From NCBI GenBank assembly GCA_965261545.1, contig CBDHDF010000007.1, positions 64,001 through 128,000 of the forward strand: 64,000 nucleotides of DNA, in the 5' to 3' direction. The DNA is from Bdellovibrionales bacterium. GTDB lineage: Bacteria > Bdellovibrionota > Bdellovibrionia > Bdellovibrionales > UBA1609. Below, piece after piece: positions 52,569 through 62,500 of this stretch. The translations under genes were made by a program, and so were the position numbers. Every line of letters starts with the position of its first letter. Position 1 is the stretch's first letter. The notes beneath the pieces are model-generated. The model saw only the letters and a list, made by a program, of their open reading frames with translations, was not told where the DNA came from and ran no database searches.

Positions 52569-52755
52569 GAAGGTGATAAGATGAGTGGCCGTTGAATAGA
52601 TTGGTAATTTTAATTCCGTGAAGTAACATGGTCTTGAGCTTTGGATCGAACCCACGCATGTACCTGCACTCTGAGTGTATGGACGTATAGTAAGTTGACC
52701 TATTTTCGCTTTAGAATTTATGGCAAAATCCCAAGGCTCTAGTTTTATCACCTTC
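52569..52755 (+). ncRNA. Candidate IS110 bridge RNA (minus-strand copies at 22659-22845, 58534-58720, 60258-60444, 62116-62302, 63818->64000)
   Basis: 11-bp closing stem GAAGGTGATAA/TTATCACCTTC; two inner stem-loops with segments matching the target and donor junctions; directly upstream of the recombinase. Confidence 0.7.
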
Positions 52756-52783
52756 TTTTTTTCTAACAGAAAGGAGGAGTCAT

Positions 52784-53986
52784 GTGGATATTATTTATAG
52801 TTCTGTTTGTGGAATAGATGTTCATCAACATATGTTGATGTGTACGATTGTCAAAGTGGAAGACGGTAAGAAGAAGTTTTTCACAAAAGAGTTCAAGAAT
52901 TTTCCAAAAAATTTTCCTAGAATGCGCTCTTGGATGAAGCCACATAAGGTTGAGAGAGTTCTTTTTGAGAGCACAGGGATTTATTGGAATTCTTTATACG
53001 ATGATTTGACAGAAAAAGGTTATGAAGTAGATGTTATCAATGCCTTTCATGTCAAAAATATTACTGGTAAAAAAACTGACGTGTTGGATAGCCAGTGGAT
53101 TGCAGAGCTTGGTGCTTGTGGTCTTCTAAGAGCTAGCTTCATTCCTCCACGTGAGATTCGTTCTATTAGACTTTTGGCTCGTTATCGTACAAAAACGATC
53201 CGCCAAATATCTTCGGAACAAAATCGTATGTATAAGGTTCTTGAATATTCAGGCATTCGTTTAACCTATGCAATGTCTAAAGCTGACTGCGTATCTGGTA
53301 TGGCCATGATTCGTGCCATAGCTAATGGAGAGAGATCAGTTTCTAAATTGATGTCTCTTGCCAGAGGGTCTTTACGTCAAAAGACCGAAGAATTTTCTTA
53401 CGCCCTGTCGGGAAAGATGACGGAAGAAAATCGTTTTGTTCTTCAACGCATTCTTGATCGAATAGATTTTTTGAAAAAAGAATGCTCTCAAATTGAAGAA
53501 GAACTTTTCATTCGTATGAAACCCTATGAAAGGCAGTGGCATCTACTCCAGACTATACCTGGAATTGACGAATTAAGTGCAGCGCTTTTGATTGCAGAAA
53601 TAGGAGGCAATGTGAAGTCTTTTAAAAATAAAGGAAATTTTTGCTCCTGGATGGGGATTTGCCCATCCAATAATGAGAGCGCAGGAAAAAAAAAGTCTTC
53701 ACGAACGAGGAAAGCGAACACATATGTGAAATCGTTGGTATGTGAGATGGCCAATAGTGCTATTAAGACGAATTCACAATTCAAAGGCAAATACCAATCA
53801 CTTGTTATAAGGCGTGGGCACAAGAGATCAGTGATTGCCGTTGGTCACAAAATGATGGGAGTTGTTTATTCAGTCATAAGTAATGACACCCCCTACAAAG
53901 ACCCTGGAATTGACTATGAAAAGCTCATGGTGAAAAAAAATGCACCAAGGTGGATTAGAGCGTTAAAAAAGTATGATTTCATGTAA
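52784..53986 (+). CDS. IS110-family DEDD recombinase (400 aa)
   Basis: GIDVH, ESTGIYW, KTDVLD, TIPGI and NESAGK motifs; AGGAGG RBS. Confidence 0.95.
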   Translation: MDIIYSSVCGIDVHQHMLMCTIVKVEDGKKKFFTKEFKNFPKNFPRMRSWMKPHKVERVLFESTGIYWNSLYDDLTEKGYEVDVINAFHVKNITGKKTDVLDSQWIAELGACGLLRASFIPPREIRSIRLLARYRTKTIRQISSEQNRMYKVLEYSGIRLTYAMSKADCVSGMAMIRAIANGERSVSKLMSLARGSLRQKTEEFSYALSGKMTEENRFVLQRILDRIDFLKKECSQIEEELFIRMKPYERQWHLLQTIPGIDELSAALLIAEIGGNVKSFKNKGNFCSWMGICPSNNESAGKKKSSRTRKANTYVKSLVCEMANSAIKTNSQFKGKYQSLVIRRGHKRSVIAVGHKMMGVVYSVISNDTPYKDPGIDYEKLMVKKNAPRWIRALKKYDFM

Positions 53987-54348
53987 TGTAGGATGATTTA
54001 AAAACTCGGACATTTGAAAAAATTCGAAGAACGGATAGTGGATTCGTGCGTCCAAACTACCCCGGAGATTCATAGTAACTATTCAGGGGGTGCTGCATTA
54101 ATTCGAACAATTTTTTTAAAAAAAGTATAAAAATTCTTGACAAGTTTTTGAAGCAAACGACCTCTTTCATTTGTTCTTTATCGAATATGTTCCTGCATAT
54201 GCCTTAAACTCTCTGAGAGCCATAGTATTGAAAGATTGTGAAACATAGGTCGCGGGGGGCACTTCTCATTCCTTTTGCTTCTTAGAACGAATCCTAGTGC
54301 ATTTTTTTTAATGAAAAAAAGGCATGTTAATATTTTCATAAGGTAAGT

Positions 54349-55800
54349 ATGAAAATAGAAAATATTGACGTGTCTTCAGCCATAAATAAAATCAGGAAGC
54401 TTCTTAAGAAAGAGAAGTCCCTTTCTCCCGCTTTTATTGTGGCCATTGAGTTGTTGATCAAAATCATCACTATTCTAGTAAATCAAAAAAAATTAAATAG
54501 TCAAAACAGTAGTATTGCCCCTTCTCAAGATCCGAATGGCCCTAAAAAGAAACCTAAGGAAGAAACTGGTAAGAAGCCAGGAGGACAACCCGGACACGAA
54601 GGAGCTACTTTAAAACCCGTGGATACTCCAGACAAGGTGGAGTTCATTTCTATTAATAAAGAGGAACTTCCTCCAGGTGATTACATTTCTTCTGGAGTTG
54701 AAAAGCGTCAAGTATTTGAGGTAGACCTTTCTGTGCATGTCACGGAGTATCAAGGAGAAATCCTCGAAGACCAAGATGGGAATCAGTGGGTTGCAGGTTT
54801 TCCAGAAGGAATCAATAACCCAACTCAATATGGCCCTTCTGTGAAAGCTCACTCAGTTTATATGTCCCAGTTTCAGTTAATCCCTCATCTTCGAGTCGCA
54901 AGTTACTTTAATCAATGGGGTCTATCGCTTGCTGGATCTACGGTACACAATTTTAACAAATCTGCCTTTGAGGCTCTGGAAGCTTTTGAGGAGTGGGCAA
55001 AGGAAACTCTTCTGAACTCACCTTTGATTCATGCTGACGAAACTGGAGTGAATGTTAATGGGAAGAGGCTGTGGTTTCACCTCTTGTCCAATGATACTGT
55101 GGTTCTCTATCAGGTGGACGAAAAAAGAGGCGCAGAGGCTATGGATCGCATGGGAATTCTTCCAAAATACACAGGGATTGTTTGTCATGACCATTGGAAA
55201 CCTTATTATACATATACTTCCTGCATTCATGCCCTTTGCAATGCGCACCATTTAAGGGAGCTTCAAAGAGCTTGGGAGCAAGATGATCAAAAATGGGCAA
55301 AAGAAATGAAGTCTCTTTTAGAGACAATAAACAAAGAGGTGCACGATACGCAGAACCAATGCCTTTCACAAGACCGAATTGAATATTACAAAGAGAAATA
55401 TCGAAATATTCTCTTCGAAGGGGAAAAGGAATCTCCATTAATGGAGAGGACAGAGAAAAAAAAGAAGGGAAAGGTTAAACAATCCAAATCTAGAAATTTA
55501 CTAGATCGACTGAGAAACTTTGAAGATGATACCTTGCTATTTATGAAGGACCCCATAGTTCCATTTACGAATAATATAGCAGAAAATGATCTGAGAATGA
55601 CCAAAGTTCAGCAGAAAATATCTGGGTGCTTTCGTTCGTTGATGGGAGCCAAGACATTTTGTAGAAACCGAAGCTTTCTCCTGACTTGCCAGAAAAATGG
55701 CATAGAACCTAAAGATGCTCTAAATATGCTATTTCAAGGAAAACTTCCCTCATTTATGACTCGAATTCGCCCACCCCCTGAATCAATGCCGTTTCCTTAA
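54349..55800 (+). CDS. IS66 transposase TnpC-like (C-terminus altered by IS4)
   Basis: NSSIAPSQD, GGQPGHEG, HADETG, CNAHHLREL and TNNIAENDLR..K..QKISG motifs. Confidence 0.93.
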   Translation: MKIENIDVSSAINKIRKLLKKEKSLSPAFIVAIELLIKIITILVNQKKLNSQNSSIAPSQDPNGPKKKPKEETGKKPGGQPGHEGATLKPVDTPDKVEFISINKEELPPGDYISSGVEKRQVFEVDLSVHVTEYQGEILEDQDGNQWVAGFPEGINNPTQYGPSVKAHSVYMSQFQLIPHLRVASYFNQWGLSLAGSTVHNFNKSAFEALEAFEEWAKETLLNSPLIHADETGVNVNGKRLWFHLLSNDTVVLYQVDEKRGAEAMDRMGILPKYTGIVCHDHWKPYYTYTSCIHALCNAHHLRELQRAWEQDDQKWAKEMKSLLETINKEVHDTQNQCLSQDRIEYYKEKYRNILFEGEKESPLMERTEKKKKGKVKQSKSRNLLDRLRNFEDDTLLFMKDPIVPFTNNIAENDLRMTKVQQKISGCFRSLMGAKTFCRNRSFLLTCQKNGIEPKDALNMLFQGKLPSFMTRIRPPPESMPFP

Positions 55801-57200
55801 GAAAAATCTCTTGAAATCATTAGATAAATCGACAAGAATAAGACTTGTTTTATTTTACACCCAACCCTCAACCAAGGAGTAAGTCACATGCAATCCAATA
55901 TTGATCTCGAAAGCCCCCAAATGACGAGTTCGCGTCACAGATGACCATTTTATTCTACCAAAACTTGATTCTTCCTTCAAGCCAGAGCACCTTGTCGATC
56001 CAGAAAAACAAAAAAGGAATCGAAAATTTAATCCTCAAATTTTCTTTTTTACCATTATCTATCTTATTTCCGGAACAAATTACGAAGGCTACCAAATCGC
56101 TCTTAAGACGGTATGGACTCATTTTGGTGACCTGCTTCTCATGCCAGTCAAAAGCAGTCTCAGCAAGATACGTCAAAGTATTTCTTACCTATTTTTCAAA
56201 GATATCTTTGAATCTCTGATTACAGACTACGAACCATTGAGAAAAACGTTTCATGGTTTTTATATCTATGCCATAGATGGCGACCAATTAGCACTTCCTC
56301 GCTCTAAAGATCTTTTAAAGGAGGGTTATTGTGGGTACCCTTGCCCAAATGAGATGGAAACTCATTTCTTACGTATGTATCTATCTCATGCTTATGACGT
56401 TTTATCGGGTGTGACAAAGAATCTTTGCTATTCTCCCGCTCTCAACGAAATCGCCAATGCTATTCAAATGATAGGTAGTTTTGAGAGTAATAGCATAACT
56501 CTCTACGATAGGCTTTATTTATCTACAGAGATTATTAAGGCCCATGCTCAAGCCAGTAACTTCTTTATTGCGCGTTGTAAGCGAGGCTCTACTTTTATCC
56601 CCATTGTAAATTTATTTAATGGCCCAGGTTGGTATTCACGAATGGTTATTGAGGGGGTGGTCATTCATCTCTATAAGTATAAAAACCCAAAGACTGGGGA
56701 GTTCTCTGTTTTGGCCACTAATCTTCCGCATGGCTCCTTGGACAAGAAGGATATGGTTGCTCTTTACTCTCGTCGTTGGGAAATAGAAACGACATTTCGT
56801 GATTTTACATCGACAATGAAAATGGAGCAGTGGCACTCAACAAGCCTTAATGGAATATTGCAAGAGCTGTATTCTTATTTTTGGCTCTTCAATTATACAA
56901 AGATTCAAATGAGCATAAATGAGGATGAAGACAGTGTGAATCAGTTGGTAAAAAATGACTACAAAAAACCTAACTTTAAACTGATTCTTGATTTCATAAT
57001 GGATAGCATCCCTCTTTTTGTTGCGGGGCTCTATCAGAAATTTAGGAAGCAGATAAAGTTGCTGATGAAGATTTCAATGGAGAAGAGGAGGCACTTCAAA
57101 AGAAGCTATGAAAGGTCTATCAAAAGGGCTGGGAGTTCTTTTAAAAGAAATAGCTTAACGCAGAGGCAGAGGGGTGTGGTGGCTTAAGGAAACGGCATTG
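55784..57200 (+). mobile_element. IS4-family element, copy D
   Basis: TIRs as copy A; 10-bp TSD CCCCCTGAAT at 55774-55783 and 57201-57210. Confidence 0.95.
56141..57187 (+). CDS. IS4-family transposase
   Basis: Near-identical to the other copies. Confidence 0.88.
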   Translation: MPVKSSLSKIRQSISYLFFKDIFESLITDYEPLRKTFHGFYIYAIDGDQLALPRSKDLLKEGYCGYPCPNEMETHFLRMYLSHAYDVLSGVTKNLCYSPALNEIANAIQMIGSFESNSITLYDRLYLSTEIIKAHAQASNFFIARCKRGSTFIPIVNLFNGPGWYSRMVIEGVVIHLYKYKNPKTGEFSVLATNLPHGSLDKKDMVALYSRRWEIETTFRDFTSTMKMEQWHSTSLNGILQELYSYFWLFNYTKIQMSINEDEDSVNQLVKNDYKKPNFKLILDFIMDSIPLFVAGLYQKFRKQIKLLMKISMEKRRHFKRSYERSIKRAGSSFKRNSLTQRQRGVVA

Positions 57201-57216
57201 CCCCCTGAATAGTTAC

Positions 57217-58918
57217 TATGAATCTCCGGGGTAGTTTGGACGCACGAATCCACTATCCGTTCTTCGAATTTTTTCAAATGTCCGAGTTTTTAAATCATCC
57301 TACATTACATGAAATCATACTTTTTTAACGCTCTAATCCACCTTGGTGCATTTTTTTTCACCATGAGCTTTTCATAGTCAATTCCAGGGTCTTTGTAGGG
57401 GGTGTCATTACTTATGACTGAATAAACAACTCCCATCATTTTGTGACCAACGGCAATCACTGATCTCTTGTGCCCACGCCTTATAACAAGTGATTGGTAT
57501 TTGCCTTTGAATTGTGAATTCGTCTTAATAGCACTATTGGCCATCTCACATACCAACGATTTCACATATGTGTTCGCTTTCCTCGTTCGTGAAGACTTTT
57601 TTTCCTGCGCTCTCATTATTGGATGGGCAAATCCCCATCCAGGAGCAAAAATTTCCTTTATTTTTAAAAGACTTCACATTGCCTCCTATTTCTGCAATCA
57701 AAAGCGCTGCACTTAATTCGTCAATTCCAGGTATAGTCTGGAGTAGATGCCACTGCCTTTCATAGGGTTTCATACGAATGAAAAGTTCTTCTTCAATTTG
57801 AGAGCATTCTTTTTTCAAAAAATCTATTCGATCAAGAATGCGTTGAAGAACAAAACGATTTTCTTCCGTCATCTTTCCCGACAGGGCGTAAGAAAATTCT
57901 TCGGTCTTTTGACGTAAAGACCCTCTGGCAAGAGACATCAATTTAGAAACTGATCTCTCTCCATTAGCTATGGCACGAATCATGGCCATACCAGATACGC
58001 AGTCAGCTTTAGACATTGCATAGGTTAAACGAATGCCTGAATATTCAAGAACCTTATACATACGATTTTGTTCCGAAGATATTTGGCGGATCGTTTTTGT
58101 ACGATAACGAGCCAAAAGTCTAATAGAACGAATCTCACGTGGAGGAATGAAGCTAGCTCTTAGAAGACCACAAGCACCAAGCTCTGCAATCCACTGGCTA
58201 TCCAACACGTCAGTTTTTTTACCAGTAATATTTTTGACATGAAAGGCATTGATAACATCTACTTCATAACCTTTTTCTGTCAAATCATCGTATAAAGAAT
58301 TCCAATAAATCCCTGTGCTCTCAAAAAGAACTCTCTCAACCTTATGTGGCTTCATCCAAGAGCGCATTCTAGGAAAATTTTTTGGAAAATTCTTGAACTC
58401 TTTTGTGAAAAACTTCTTCTTACCGTCTTCCACTTTGACAATCGTACACATCAACATATGTTGATGAACATCTATTCCACAAACAGAACTATAAATAATA
58501 TCCACATGACTCCTCCTTTCTGTTAGAAAAAAAGAAGGTGATAAAACTAGAGCCTTGGGATTTTGCCATAAATTCTAAAGCGAAAATAGGTCAACTTACT
58601 ATACGTCCATACACTCAGAGTGCAGGTACATGCGTGGGTTCGATCCAAAGCTCAAGACCATGTTACTTCACGGAATTAAAATTACCAATCTATTCAACGG
58701 CCACTCATCTTATCACCTTCCAATAATGTTATTGCTTTATCCTTTATTGTATCGGAATCATACATGACAAAAATACCATCAAAAGTCCAGAGTAACTAAA
58801 AGAGGCCAATTATATAGACCAGCGAAGCTGTCCACCGAGTTGCTTCGTGCAAAGAAGTGGGGGCCTAGAAAGATTCATGGGCGTGGGTGGGGAAGCAAGG
58901 CGCCCCCATGAATGTTAC
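57217..58918 (-). mobile_element. IS110 array copy 1 (1702 bp; recombinase 58505-57305 frameshifted)
   Basis: Reverse complement of 52370-54074; A7 instead of A9. Confidence 0.93.
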
Positions 58919-58940
58919 TATGAATCTCCGGGGTAGTTAC
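58919..58940 (-). repeat. 22-bp IS110 right-end stub
   Basis: TATGAATCTCCGGGGTAGTTAC between copies 1 and 2. Confidence 0.9.
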
Positions 58941-60642
58941 TATGAATCTCCGGGGTAGTTTGGACGCACGAATCCACTATCCGTTCTTCGAATTTTTTCA
59001 AATGTCCGAGTTTTTAAATCATCCTACATTACATGAAATCATACTTTTTTAACGCTCTAATCCACCTTGGTGCATTTTTTTTCACCATGAGCTTTTCATA
59101 GTCAATTCCAGGGTCTTTGTAGGGGGTGTCATTACTTATGACTGAATAAACAACTCCCATCATTTTGTGACCAACGGCAATCACTGATCTCTTGTGCCCA
59201 CGCCTTATAACAAGTGATTGGTATTTGCCTTTGAATTGTGAATTCGTCTTAATAGCACTATTGGCCATCTCACATACCAACGATTTCACATATGTGTTCG
59301 CTTTCCTCGTTCGTGAAGACTTTTTTTCCTGCGCTCTCATTATTGGATGGGCAAATCCCCATCCAGGAGCAAAAATTTCCTTTATTTTTAAAAGACTTCA
59401 CATTGCCTCCTATTTCTGCAATCAAAAGCGCTGCACTTAATTCGTCAATTCCAGGTATAGTCTGGAGTAGATGCCACTGCCTTTCATAGGGTTTCATACG
59501 AATGAAAAGTTCTTCTTCAATTTGAGAGCATTCTTTTTTCAAAAAATCTATTCGATCAAGAATGCGTTGAAGAACAAAACGATTTTCTTCCGTCATCTTT
59601 CCCGACAGGGCGTAAGAAAATTCTTCGGTCTTTTGACGTAAAGACCCTCTGGCAAGAGACATCAATTTAGAAACTGATCTCTCTCCATTAGCTATGGCAC
59701 GAATCATGGCCATACCAGATACGCAGTCAGCTTTAGACATTGCATAGGTTAAACGAATGCCTGAATATTCAAGAACCTTATACATACGATTTTGTTCCGA
59801 AGATATTTGGCGGATCGTTTTTGTACGATAACGAGCCAAAAGTCTAATAGAACGAATCTCACGTGGAGGAATGAAGCTAGCTCTTAGAAGACCACAAGCA
59901 CCAAGCTCTGCAATCCACTGGCTATCCAACACGTCAGTTTTTTTACCAGTAATATTTTTGACATGAAAGGCATTGATAACATCTACTTCATAACCTTTTT
60001 CTGTCAAATCATCGTATAAAGAATTCCAATAAATCCCTGTGCTCTCAAAAAGAACTCTCTCAACCTTATGTGGCTTCATCCAAGAGCGCATTCTAGGAAA
60101 ATTTTTTGGAAAATTCTTGAACTCTTTTGTGAAAAACTTCTTCTTACCGTCTTCCACTTTGACAATCGTACACATCAACATATGTTGATGAACATCTATT
60201 CCACAAACAGAACTATAAATAATATCCACATGACTCCTCCTTTCTGTTAGAAAAAAAGAAGGTGATAAAACTAGAGCCTTGGGATTTTGCCATAAATTCT
60301 AAAGCGAAAATAGGTCAACTTACTATACGTCCATACACTCAGAGTGCAGGTACATGCGTGGGTTCGATCCAAAGCTCAAGACCATGTTACTTCACGGAAT
60401 TAAAATTACCAATCTATTCAACGGCCACTCATCTTATCACCTTCCAATAATGTTATTGCTTTATCCTTTATTGTATCGGAATCATACATGACAAAAATAC
60501 CATCAAAAGTCCAGAGTAACTAAAAGAGGCCAATTATATAGACCAGCGAAGCTGTCCACCGAGTTGCTTCGTGCAAAGAAGTGGGGGCCTAGAAAGATTC
60601 ATGGGCGTGGGTGGGGAAGCAAGGCGCCCCCATGAATGTTAC
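58941..60642 (-). mobile_element. IS110 array copy 2 (frameshifted)
   Basis: As copy 1. Confidence 0.93.
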
Positions 60643-60798
60643 TATGAATCTCCGGGGTAGTTTGGACGCACGAATCCACTATCCGTTCTTCGAATTTTTT
60701 CAAATGTCCGAGTTTTTAAATCATCCTACATTACATGAAATCATACTTTTTTAACGCTCTAATCCACCTTGGTGCATTTTTTTTCACCATGAGCTTAC
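60643..60798 (-). repeat. 156-bp IS110 right-end stub
   Basis: Right-end sequence up to CACCATGAGCTT, then AC and the next copy. Confidence 0.9.
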
Positions 60799-62500
60799 TA
60801 TGAATCTCCGGGGTAGTTTGGACGCACGAATCCACTATCCGTTCTTCGAATTTTTTCAAATGTCCGAGTTTTTAAATCATCCTACATTACATGAAATCAT
60901 ACTTTTTTAACGCTCTAATCCACCTTGGTGCATTTTTTTTCACCATGAGCTTTTCATAGTCAATTCCAGGGTCTTTGTAGGGGGTGTCATTACTTATGAC
61001 TGAATAAACAACTCCCATCATTTTGTGACCAACGGCAATCACTGATCTCTTGTGCCCACGCCTTATAACAAGTGATTGGTATTTGCCTTTGAATTGTGAA
61101 TTCGTCTTAATAGCACTATTGGCCATCTCACATACCAACGATTTCACATATGTGTTCGCTTTCCTCGTTCGTGAAGACTTTTTTTCCTGCGCTCTCATTA
61201 TTGGATGGGCAAATCCCCATCCAGGAGCAAAAATTTCCTTTATTTTTAAAAGACTTCACATTGCCTCCTATTTCTGCAATCAAAAGCGCTGCACTTAATT
61301 CGTCAATTCCAGGTATAGTCTGGAGTAGATGCCACTGCCTTTCATAGGGTTTCATACGAATGAAAAGTTCTTCTTCAATTTGAGAGCATTCTTTTTTCAA
61401 AAAATCTATTCGATCAAGAATGCGTTGAAGAACAAAACGATTTTCTTCCGTCATCTTTCCCGACAGGGCGTAAGAAAATTCTTCGGTCTTTTGACGTAAA
61501 GACCCTCTGGCAAGAGACATCAATTTAGAAACTGATCTCTCTCCATTAGCTATGGCACGAATCATGGCCATACCAGATACGCAGTCAGCTTTAGACATTG
61601 CATAGGTTAAACGAATGCCTGAATATTCAAGAACCTTATACATACGATTTTGTTCCGAAGATATTTGGCGGATCGTTTTTGTACGATAACGAGCCAAAAG
61701 TCTAATAGAACGAATCTCACGTGGAGGAATGAAGCTAGCTCTTAGAAGACCACAAGCACCAAGCTCTGCAATCCACTGGCTATCCAACACGTCAGTTTTT
61801 TTACCAGTAATATTTTTGACATGAAAGGCATTGATAACATCTACTTCATAACCTTTTTCTGTCAAATCATCGTATAAAGAATTCCAATAAATCCCTGTGC
61901 TCTCAAAAAGAACTCTCTCAACCTTATGTGGCTTCATCCAAGAGCGCATTCTAGGAAAATTTTTTGGAAAATTCTTGAACTCTTTTGTGAAAAACTTCTT
62001 CTTACCGTCTTCCACTTTGACAATCGTACACATCAACATATGTTGATGAACATCTATTCCACAAACAGAACTATAAATAATATCCACATGACTCCTCCTT
62101 TCTGTTAGAAAAAAAGAAGGTGATAAAACTAGAGCCTTGGGATTTTGCCATAAATTCTAAAGCGAAAATAGGTCAACTTACTATACGTCCATACACTCAG
62201 AGTGCAGGTACATGCGTGGGTTCGATCCAAAGCTCAAGACCATGTTACTTCACGGAATTAAAATTACCAATCTATTCAACGGCCACTCATCTTATCACCT
62301 TCCAATAATGTTATTGCTTTATCCTTTATTGTATCGGAATCATACATGACAAAAATACCATCAAAAGTCCAGAGTAACTAAAAGAGGCCAATTATATAGA
62401 CCAGCGAAGCTGTCCACCGAGTTGCTTCGTGCAAAGAAGTGGGGGCCTAGAAAGATTCATGGGCGTGGGTGGGGAAGCAAGGCGCCCCCATGAATGTTAC
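60799..62500 (-). mobile_element. IS110 array copy 3 (frameshifted)
   Basis: As copy 1. Confidence 0.93.

Larger units (their letters stand above)
52370..54074 (+). mobile_element. IS110-family element, only intact copy in window (1705 bp)
   Basis: GTAAC core at both junctions (52370, 54075); no TSD; ~410-bp non-coding left end. Confidence 0.92.
54075..57216 (+). mobile_element. IS66-family element (single-ORF type) with IS4 in its right TIR
   Basis: TIR GTAACTATTCAGGGGGTG / CACCCCCTGAAT|AGTTAC. Confidence 0.9.

Noticed and set aside
52563..52751. 62-aa ORF MIKLEPWDF repeated in IS110 copies
   Set aside because: Antisense to the candidate bridge RNA, with no recognisable motif; recurrence only reflects IS copy identity.
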